Positions 10,701-17,901 of a DNA stretch of 64,000 nucleotides are shown piece after piece (positions within the stretch are counted from its first letter, which is position 1; each line of letters starts with the position of its first letter). The DNA comes from a candidate division WOR-3 bacterium (lineage in GTDB: Bacteria > Hydrothermota > Hydrothermia > Hydrothermales > Hydrothermaceae). The stretch lies in NCBI GenBank assembly GCA_965649125.1, contig CBFGJO010000003.1, positions 1,459 through 65,458 of the forward strand, written 5' to 3'. The translations under genes and the position numbers were made by a program. The notes beneath the pieces were generated by a model that worked only from the letters and a program-made list of their open reading frames with translations, ran no database searches and was not told the DNA's origin.

Positions 10701-12195
10701 ATACCAGAATGCAGTTTTTTCTTCTTTAAAAGAACTCATAGGCTATCCTTATGGATGTGTTGAACAAACGATGAGCAGATTCTTACCCGATGTCGCTGTT
10801 AAGGATATAATAGAGAAAGCAGGAATAAAAGAACCATTATTTACACAGGAACTCCCGAAAATGATTGAAAAAGGACTTCAAAGATTATACAACTTCCAAC
10901 ATTCTGATGGTGGATGGGGATGGTGGGAAGATGATGAGTCTAACCCGTTTAATACTGCTTATGTTTTATATGGACTTGGTCTTTTGAAAAAAACAGCCTA
11001 CAAAGTAAATGAAGAAGTTATAAATAGAGGAATTAAGAAATTAAAAGAATTTTTAGGAAAAGAAAATTTAAGCGATCATGACAAAATATTCATGCTTTAT
11101 TCTTTATCATTACACGAAAAAATTAAAAAAGAAGATATTGATAAATATTTTAAAAGAGAATGTGAAAGTCCTTATATCCTTTCCCTTATTTCATTAATTC
11201 TTTCAGAGAATAAAAAGCAAGGAGAAATATATTTTTCAAAATTAAAAGAAAAAGTAATAAATATTGACGGAATTTCTTATTTTGAAGACACACTTTTAAA
11301 ATCAATTCATGGAACAATTTATGCTGACCCTGTTTTTATAACATCAAATGCTCTTTTATCAAGCCTTTTATACATCCCAAATGATGAATTCTGTACAAAA
11401 CTTTCACTTTATCTTTTAAATAAAAGAAGGGGAGCAATATGGCATTCAACAATAGCAACATCTTCATCAATAATTTCTCTTGGTGAATATATGAAGAAAA
11501 GAGGAGTTTTTGATTTTGATATCTCTTTAAATTTAAAGATAAATGGCAAAAATTTTGGAAATTATACAATAAGAAGAGAGAATATAAATGAATATAATTC
11601 ACCTAAAATTGTTCCTTCCACTTTTTTAAGAAAAGGAAAGAATAAAATAGTTTTTGAAAAATCTGGAAAAGGTGAACTTCTATATTCTTTCTTTGTAAAG
11701 TATTACTCAAAAGAAGAGAATATAAATGCAGGTGGAACAGAATTTAAAGTTTTAAAGGAAATATGGAGACTACAAGCGGTAAAAGAAGGTGGGAAAATTG
11801 TATATAAAAAGATACCTTTTTACGGAGAGGTTAAAAAGGGAGAATATCTTTTTGTAAAGATAAAAGTTATAAATGATGAAAAAATGGAATACTTTATGCT
11901 TGAAGACCCGCTACCTGCTGGTTGTGAGGTTGAAAAGGAAAGGGAAAGATTTTATATAGAAGGTGAAAAAAATTACGAAGGTTATTATAGATGGAATTGG
12001 GTAGGAGAAGAAATTCATGATGACAGGATTGCTTTCTTCTTAACAAGGATTTATCCTAAAGAAAATGAATTCTCTTATATTTTAAGAGCATATCTGCCAG
12101 GAAGATATCATGTGATGCCTGCAAAGGGAAGTTTAATGTATTTTCCTGATGTATTTGCCCATTCTGATGAATACATAATCAAGATAAGTGAATAA
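7756..12195 (+). CDS. bacterial alpha-2-macroglobulin family protein with thioester motif
   Basis: 1479 aa. GYPYGCVEQTMSRFLPD carries the CxEQ thioester (CVEQ at nt 10756-10767). The downstream FQHSDGGWGWW segment is typical of the thioester domain. Signal-like N-terminus without a Cys lipobox. Confidence 0.9.
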   Translation: MFLNIIISFYLSSSIYLKGEKPKIYISGYNIGKAVIRIYKIEEAYEIFKKSKDINYPFLKEERKSNLFKSLEEGLRETNKRIRNYFRRNVKEKERIEIVETFKIKKLEEKKKGFPSPLREFEIVEEWTEDFGHEWISKDIEIPVNQKGVYLVEVANKKLQEFIPLIITDIGFITKEDNENLYILAQNLLNSEPLKKADVCIKSGEKILKEGKTDENGIFYFKKKEKNFDVILSYNGSIAISKSYAPWAEFLPERVYIYTDRPLYRPNDKVYFKIVARVLEGENYNLYKGSLRVKILNPKDNILFDKELLTNEFGTCGDSLILPENANLGTYRIDVCIKDKRFYQIFKVEEYRKPEFSIKVECEPKVLTSFEKVKIKVKSDYFFGAPVSGGKVKLKISRRPLYFYYWGFYEESWAQEFIEEIEGNLNENGEWVYEYEIPQIDRYYNYIIDAGVEDESGIQQWGKTIFKAGKTKYAIDLRTDKYIYSKDEEVQIYIYVKDLENKKLKEGDCRIKIFEKEYNVKIKEGEGFLKIKAEKTGYIRIYAEFKDEKENLITDEAFIWVDGVGYAFEYKENKIQIVTEKHEYKIGENLKAIIFSPFENGYLFYTIETYRIEKVGILKIEKNTGTIELKLKENYSPNFFIHVLGNNENNFYNNKKEINLKYEKNKLDISFELDKEKYLPRDKAKIKIKVKDFEEKPCEAEISVFIIDEALLSLQDPFEENIFSFFYPKRITYTGYRSSINWRFYSYEEYYEEGALQSKIPLMVAKEFEEYGRFAIKGIGEEMMIRKGFKDLALCILREKTDKNGEAEIELNLPDNLTTWRIRVKALKENKFGEEEKKFLVSKDLLARLILPRFIRERDTVIIKGIVHNYQDKKESIDVKIETKGIELIGKNEIKIGEILPGKNKQVNFKVYAKNPGNVEFTLIAKGENSYDALNLKIPVLPHGMERVLSISNVLTKDKDEFELEIPEDVQNFYSAFYISPSYQNAVFSSLKELIGYPYGCVEQTMSRFLPDVAVKDIIEKAGIKEPLFTQELPKMIEKGLQRLYNFQHSDGGWGWWEDDESNPFNTAYVLYGLGLLKKTAYKVNEEVINRGIKKLKEFLGKENLSDHDKIFMLYSLSLHEKIKKEDIDKYFKRECESPYILSLISLILSENKKQGEIYFSKLKEKVINIDGISYFEDTLLKSIHGTIYADPVFITSNALLSSLLYIPNDEFCTKLSLYLLNKRRGAIWHSTIATSSSIISLGEYMKKRGVFDFDISLNLKINGKNFGNYTIRRENINEYNSPKIVPSTFLRKGKNKIVFEKSGKGELLYSFFVKYYSKEENINAGGTEFKVLKEIWRLQAVKEGGKIVYKKIPFYGEVKKGEYLFVKIKVINDEKMEYFMLEDPLPAGCEVEKERERFYIEGEKNYEGYYRWNWVGEEIHDDRIAFFLTRIYPKENEFSYILRAYLPGRYHVMPAKGSLMYFPDVFAHSDEYIIKISE

Positions 12196-13084
12196 AATTT
12201 TTGTTCTCTTAGTTTTCTTTAATATTTATGATATAAAAAGGGAAATCGGGGATAAAGGCGCTTTTATAATTACTGATGTAAAAAAAGGTAAAATAATTGA
12301 TTACCATAATAAAGAACTTTGTTTTAGATCTCTTTTACCACCGGGGTCATTTTTTAAAATTTTAACTGCAATAATTTTAATAGAAGAGGATATAATTGAT
12401 GAAAATGTCTATTTTGATTGTAAAGGCGAAGAAAGTTTTGAAATAGAAGGTGAAAAAGTAAATGTTAGATGCTGGATAAAAGATGGGCATGGTAAACAGA
12501 ATATAAGAGATGCAATAAAAAATTCATGCAACATATTCTTTGCAAAGGCTTCACTTTTAATAGAGCCTTATCTTTTTAAAAAATATTTTGAAATTTTAAA
12601 ATTAAATGAACTTTCAACAACTGATGTAGGGGGAGAGGTTCTAAGTGAAATAAAAATACCTTTAAAAAAGAAAGAAATAATAGATCTTGCACTGGGAGAA
12701 AATGGATTTGTTAGGATGACTTTATCTTCAATGCTCTCATTAATTCTTTCAATTTCAAGGGACGGAATGTATATTCCTTTATGGATAAAAGAAAAAAATA
12801 ACTTACCATGCAGGTTGCCAATATATAAATCTTTAAATATTTTAAAAGAGAGTTTAAGGGATGTATGTAAAGCTGGGACAGGAATTTATGCAAATTATAA
12901 AGATATGATGGCAGGAAAAACAGGAACACCTAAACATTTAAATGGATGGAGAACCCATGCAATCTTTGCAGGATATTATCCATATTATGATCCAAAAATT
13001 GGGATAATAGTATTTCTAAAAAATGGACAGGGTTCAAAAGATGCAGCACCACTTGCAAAAAAGATATTAAAGAGCCTTGAATAA
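12188..13084 (+). CDS. penicillin-binding transpeptidase-domain protein (no glycosyltransferase module)
   Basis: SxxK (PPGSFFKILTA, Ser codon at 12347), SxN (KNSCNIFF) and KTG (AGKTGTP) motifs in a 298-aa protein. GTG start overlaps the A2M stop. Confidence 0.7.
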   Translation: MNKIFVLLVFFNIYDIKREIGDKGAFIITDVKKGKIIDYHNKELCFRSLLPPGSFFKILTAIILIEEDIIDENVYFDCKGEESFEIEGEKVNVRCWIKDGHGKQNIRDAIKNSCNIFFAKASLLIEPYLFKKYFEILKLNELSTTDVGGEVLSEIKIPLKKKEIIDLALGENGFVRMTLSSMLSLILSISRDGMYIPLWIKEKNNLPCRLPIYKSLNILKESLRDVCKAGTGIYANYKDMMAGKTGTPKHLNGWRTHAIFAGYYPYYDPKIGIIVFLKNGQGSKDAAPLAKKILKSLE

Positions 13085-14585
13085 AATAATAATATTTCTA
13101 TTTCTAATACCATTTGATATAACAAAAGAGATTTCTGTTAGAATTTTATCAAAATATAATTTGAAGGAAGTTTATGTTTATGCAGGGAATAATAGATATT
13201 CTGTCAAAGTGTATAATAATGATAAAATTGAGATAAATGGACGCGTAAAAGATGATTTTTTCATAGTTTCCTCAAATGGAATTTTTATAGAAAGTAAAGA
13301 TATTAAAAGAAAATATAGGGGAAAAATAAGAATATATGCAAAAGATGGTGAAATTTTTATAATAAATCATGTAAATTTAAGAGACTATTTATCCTCTGCT
13401 GTAGTAGCAGAAATTGGAACTTCATATATTGAAGCGTTAAAGGCTCAAAGTGTTTTATCAAGAACATTTGCCCTTTTTTCAAAGAGACATGAAAATTATG
13501 ATTTTTGTGATCTAACCCACTGTCAGGTTTATAGGGGAATTATTGATGAGACTTCAATTTCAAGAAAAGCAGTAATAGAAACTGACGGAGAGGTTATCAC
13601 ATATAATGGAAAATTAATTGAACCATTTTTTTCTTCCTGTTGCGGTGGTTTTACTGCTTCACCTGATGAGATATTTGATTTAAACATTCCCTATATTGAA
13701 GCAAAATTTGATCCTTACTGTCAAAATAGTAAGGACTCTAAATGGATATTTAAAATAGAAAAAAGAAAAATTAATAAGTTAAAAATAAATCAAAAAGGGG
13801 AAAGTGGGAGGGTTAAAAAAATTTTATTAAATGACAAAAAAATGTCTGGATGGGAATTCAGAAATATGATTTCAAGAATATATGGATGGAATACTTTAAA
13901 ATCTAATTTATTTAATTTATATGAGGATGAAAATTTTTACATTTTTGAAGGAAAGGGACTTGGACATGGACTTGGGATGTGTCAGGAAGGTGCAAAGATT
14001 ATGGCATTGAATGGCTTTAATTACAAAGATATAATAAATTTTTATTTTAAAGATGTGGAAATAAAAAAATTAAAATTTGAATATGAGGTCTTTAAAGATA
14101 AAAATTTTATTTTTTATTCAACAAGTGGTGAAAAATATCTGCCTTATTTAAAAAATGCCCTTTATAGATTTGAAAGAATATGCAAAGAAAACGGAATTGA
14201 AGCTTCTAATTATTTCATAATTAAAGAGGAATTTGATTATTTTAGTTTTACAAAAAATTTAAAAATAAAGCCCTTTTATGGAGGTTATTTAGAAAAGGAT
14301 ACAATTAAATTAGCACCGTTAAATTTGCTTGAAAAATATTCAATCATTGAAGAAATTATAATTCATGAATTCTTGCATATTGCTTTATCAAAATATAATT
14401 TAAAAAAAGAATTGGAAGAAGGCATAATTTATTTACTTTGCCCTTATAATTTGAATAATGAAATTTTTAATGATATAAAAAGTTATAAAGAGGAGATTAA
14501 AAAAATAGAAATTTATAAAAAAATAGCACAGGACAGTTTAAAAAAATATGGAAATTTAGAAAATATTTTAAACAAAAGGAGGTGA
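13077..14585 (+). CDS. SpoIID/LytB-domain protein with C-terminal HExxH-containing extension
   Basis: SpoIID signatures AQSVLSRTFAL, CDLTHCQVYRG, FFSSCCGGFTAS and GHGLGMCQEGA. The C-terminal ~170 aa contain IIHEFLHIALS..ELEEG. TTG start overlaps the PBP stop. Confidence 0.85.
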   Translation: MNKIIIFLFLIPFDITKEISVRILSKYNLKEVYVYAGNNRYSVKVYNNDKIEINGRVKDDFFIVSSNGIFIESKDIKRKYRGKIRIYAKDGEIFIINHVNLRDYLSSAVVAEIGTSYIEALKAQSVLSRTFALFSKRHENYDFCDLTHCQVYRGIIDETSISRKAVIETDGEVITYNGKLIEPFFSSCCGGFTASPDEIFDLNIPYIEAKFDPYCQNSKDSKWIFKIEKRKINKLKINQKGESGRVKKILLNDKKMSGWEFRNMISRIYGWNTLKSNLFNLYEDENFYIFEGKGLGHGLGMCQEGAKIMALNGFNYKDIINFYFKDVEIKKLKFEYEVFKDKNFIFYSTSGEKYLPYLKNALYRFERICKENGIEASNYFIIKEEFDYFSFTKNLKIKPFYGGYLEKDTIKLAPLNLLEKYSIIEEIIIHEFLHIALSKYNLKKELEEGIIYLLCPYNLNNEIFNDIKSYKEEIKKIEIYKKIAQDSLKKYGNLENILNKRR

Positions 14586-15988
14586 TTATGAAAAAATTGA
14601 TTTATATATTTATCCCTCTTATAATCATCCTTTTAACTTTCATTTTATTTTTCATATTTTACAAAAGAGTTCCATCTGCTGCCTGGAAGATTAAAGAAAT
14701 TGAAGATATTTTTACAAAAAATGTAAATACCTATATTGTTTTTGATGATGTAAGTAAGATTTTAGAAAATTTAAATAAAAATGGGCTTATTGACACAATT
14801 AAAAATAAGGGGATAATTGAAGATTTACTTATATATCTTGGAGTTCCTATGAAATTAAGGAATGAAATTATAAAAAGAGATTTTATAAGAATTTTTAAAA
14901 AGATAGGAATTGGTTTTTACGAAAATGGATTTTTATTGGTCTTAGAGCCCGAAGGGATTTTTATAAATCTAATTTATAATTTAACAAGATTTGAAAAAGA
15001 GTTTTTAGGGGTTCCTTATACATTCCTAAGAGAAAATTTTGGTTTCTTTTTAATTGATAAATATATTGTAATTTCAAATAATGAAACCCTGCTTAAAGAA
15101 GCAATTGAACACTTAAAAAGAGAGAAAAAAAGATTTAAGAAATTTCATAAAAGGGAGTTTCCAGAAAATATTTTAATATATGGTGCCTATTTAAAAGAGG
15201 GAGGTCTTTTTAAATCAGAAAAATTCATTTTTTACTATAAGGAAAATGAAGGATTTACATTTTTAATTGAAGAGCCCTCTTACCTTTTTGGAAGAATTTT
15301 AAAGAACTTAGATGCTAATTTAAAGAATTTAGAATTTCCACCTGATTATATATTTTACATATCTTTTAAAAATTTTGATTTAAAAGAAGAAATTGAAAAA
15401 TTTGTAAAAGAAAAAAAAGAAGAGAGAATCGCAAAATTTTTTGAAAAATACTTTTATCTTTTAAAGGATATTGGAGAAAGTTTTGCAATCTCCTTTAATG
15501 GTTTGAAATATTTTGATGATTATTATGTCCCATTATTTTTAATTAAAATTGAAAAAAGAAATGAAATAGAAAGGTCTTTCAACTCTTTTATTTCAGAAAT
15601 TTCAAAAGAAGATTTAAATAAAAAAGAAGGAAGAAAGGAAGGTATTTATTACAGGTTTTTTACAAATAAAAATGGCGAAGATTACATTGGATATTTCAAT
15701 TTCAGAAATGATTTCTATATATCCTCTTCCTTAGATATTTTAAGAGATGAAATTTCAGTCTTAAATAAAAATATGAAGAAGAAAGATTTCACGGAAAAAG
15801 ATAATCTCTTTCTTTATTTTGACGGGCTTAAATTCTTAGAATTTCTAAAAGATTATTTTTCAAATATTATTTTTGACACTTTCATTTTAGAGAATAAGAT
15901 ATATCCTATTCTCAATTTATTGAATATAAAGGAAGTTTATGGAACTTTTAAAAGAGAAAAAAATAAAATAATAATAAATTTGAAATGA
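14582..15988 (+). CDS. N-terminally membrane-anchored protein of unknown function
   Basis: 468-aa ORF with a 4-nt overlap with the SpoIID gene. It has one N-terminal TM (LIYIFIPLIIILLTFILFFIF) and no motif I recognise. Confidence 0.5.
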   Translation: MIMKKLIYIFIPLIIILLTFILFFIFYKRVPSAAWKIKEIEDIFTKNVNTYIVFDDVSKILENLNKNGLIDTIKNKGIIEDLLIYLGVPMKLRNEIIKRDFIRIFKKIGIGFYENGFLLVLEPEGIFINLIYNLTRFEKEFLGVPYTFLRENFGFFLIDKYIVISNNETLLKEAIEHLKREKKRFKKFHKREFPENILIYGAYLKEGGLFKSEKFIFYYKENEGFTFLIEEPSYLFGRILKNLDANLKNLEFPPDYIFYISFKNFDLKEEIEKFVKEKKEERIAKFFEKYFYLLKDIGESFAISFNGLKYFDDYYVPLFLIKIEKRNEIERSFNSFISEISKEDLNKKEGRKEGIYYRFFTNKNGEDYIGYFNFRNDFYISSSLDILRDEISVLNKNMKKKDFTEKDNLFLYFDGLKFLEFLKDYFSNIIFDTFILENKIYPILNLLNIKEVYGTFKREKNKIIINLK

Positions 15989-16015
15989 AAATTAGTATTT
16001 TAATTGGTTCTAAAT

Positions 16016-16950
16016 TTAAATTACTTTCATTAATATTTTTACAATTGAGAAAATTGTGCCTGATAAAATCGCAGAGAGTGGAAGAGTAACTATCCATGAG
16101 AAAATTATATTTCTTATAACACCTAAATTTAAATTGCCATACCCCTTGCAATACCAATCCCTATAACTGCACCAACAACTGTATGGGTTGTTGAGATTGG
16201 TAAACCAAGTTTTGAGAATACCAAAACTGTTGTTGCAGAAGCAAACTCTGCAGAAAAACCCCTTGTGGGAGTTATATCGGTTACTTCTTCACCAACCGTT
16301 TTAATCACTTTATATCCGAAAAGCGCAGTTCCAACTGCAAGTGCGATTCCTCCAAAGAACAAAAGCCATACCGGGATTAAAAATTCTTTACCTGTTCCCT
16401 TCATTACCGAATATATTGCAGCAGCGGGACCTATTGCATTGGCTACATCATTTGCACCATGAGCAAATCCCATATACGTAGCAGTTAGAAGTTGTAAGAT
16501 TCCAAAAAGTTTCTCAACTTTTGAATAAATACCATTTCTTTCATTTCTCTCCTTATAAAAATGACCAGGTGATTATATAACCAAAAAAGGCAAAAGAAAT
16601 GGTCCATATTTTTTTTGCATTTAAAAAAGGGTCTTTTGTATCAAGTATTAATAACTTCACAAAATTGAAAATAAAAAAGGCAACAATCCCACCTAAAAGC
16701 GGGGAAATTATCTAGGAAAAAACTATCTTTAAAATTTTTAACCAGTATACATAACTTATTCCTCCGGCAAATATACCAAATCCAACAACTGCACCAACTA
16801 TTGAATGAGTTGTTGAAACAGGCATTCCAAGATGGGTTGCAACCTGAACCCATAAACCTGCTGAAAATAGAGAGGAGAACATTCCAAGAATGAATATATT
16901 TTTATTTTGAATAAAACATTCTATTTTAACAATACCTTTACCGAATCTCC
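16016..16950 (-). pseudogene. PiT-family inorganic phosphate transporter, disrupted
   Basis: PiT motifs are spread over three minus-strand frames: [84 protein letters not shown] and [26 protein letters not shown]. There is an in-frame TAG (plus-strand cta 16712-16714) where the family has Trp (FS*IISPLLGG). Frame changes occur near 16560 and 16130. The N-terminal GANDVAN repeat is missing. Confidence 0.75.
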
Positions 16951-17125
16951 TCAGGCATTTTAATTCTTTTTAAAGTAAGAAGTACCGCTATATCTTCAAC
17001 TTTATCAGGAATTTCATCCTGTTCATGGATTAATGAGCGGATTCTTCAATTTTCTCCTAATCCCCCTTTGAAAGGTAATCAAAAAGCGGTTTTAAAAGGG
17101 ATAAAGTTTCAAGAGATTTTTCCAT
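16938..17125 (-). pseudogene. remnant of a DUF47/PhoU-like PiT accessory gene
   Basis: The minus strand reads MEKSLETLSLLKPLFDYLSKGD*EKIEESAH, then after a frame shift SLIHEQDEIPDKVEDIAVLLTLKRIK. It is far too short for a ~205-aa DUF47 protein. Its position upstream of PiT matches the usual pairing. Confidence 0.35.
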
Positions 17126-17184
17126 ATGAAATCTTAACGGTTTAAAAGGAGATTTTTTAAATAACTTTAACACTATTCTCACAC

Positions 17185-17901
17185 TTACCTCCTTTTTAAA
17201 AATCTTAAAAAGAAAAGTTTTATAACAAGAAAAAATGCTTCAAATATTATCTTTTTAGACATCTTTGAAACACCAACTCTTCTTTCAATAAAAATTATAG
17301 GATATTCCTTTATTTTATATCCCATCTTTTTAGCGTAAAATGTTGTTTCTATTTGAAATCCATATCCTTCAGCATTTATTTTTTCCCATGGAAGGCGCTC
17401 AAGAACCTCCTTTTTCCATGCTTTAAATCCACCAGTTAAATCTCTTACAGGAACCCCTGAGAAGAGCCTTGCATAAACATTAGCAAAATAGGAAAGTAAA
17501 AGTCTTTTTATTGGCCAGTTCACAACACTTACCCCATTTAAATATCTTGAACCTATTATCAAATCATATCCACTTTTTATTTCTTTTATAAATTCTGGAA
17601 GGATTTCGGGTGAATGGGAAAAATCTGCATCCATTTGAATGATTACATCATAATTTCTTTCTATACCCCATCTAAACCCTGTTTTATACGCCTTTCCAAG
17701 CCCCTCTTTTTTTTCCTTTAAAATTAAATTAACCCTGTTATCTTTTTTAATTAACTTTTCTACAATACTTGCAGTTCCATCAGGTGAATTATCATCAACA
17801 ATTAAAATATTAGCATAAGGAACAAATTTAAATATCTCTTCAATTATCTTTTCAATATTTTCTCTTTCATTGTATGTAGGAATTACAATAAGAACTTTCA
17901 T
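17185..17901 (-). CDS. polyprenol-phosphate mannosyltransferase (GT2, DPM1-like)
   Basis: VLIVIPTYNERENI, ILIVDDNSPDGT and QMDADFSH motifs. Confidence 0.85.
   Translation of the reverse strand: MKVLIVIPTYNERENIEKIIEEIFKFVPYANILIVDDNSPDGTASIVEKLIKKDNRVNLILKEKKEGLGKAYKTGFRWGIERNYDVIIQMDADFSHSPEILPEFIKEIKSGYDLIIGSRYLNGVSVVNWPIKRLLLSYFANVYARLFSGVPVRDLTGGFKAWKKEVLERLPWEKINAEGYGFQIETTFYAKKMGYKIKEYPIIFIERRVGVSKMSKKIIFEAFFLVIKLFFLRFLKRR

Noticed and set aside
16712-16714. The in-frame TAG in the PiT gene as a recoded (pyrrolysine or read-through) codon.
   Set aside because: The same gene also has at least two frame shifts and an N-terminal deletion, and no pyl genes are seen. Simple inactivation or sequence error explains it better.
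16641-16853. ORF-track CDS MGSGCNPSWNACFNNS... and the plus-strand ORF 16265-16462.
   Set aside because: They are out of frame or antisense relative to the PiT remnants. The neighbouring frame reads GLWVQVATHLGMPVSTTHS, so these are by-products of the pseudogene, not genes.
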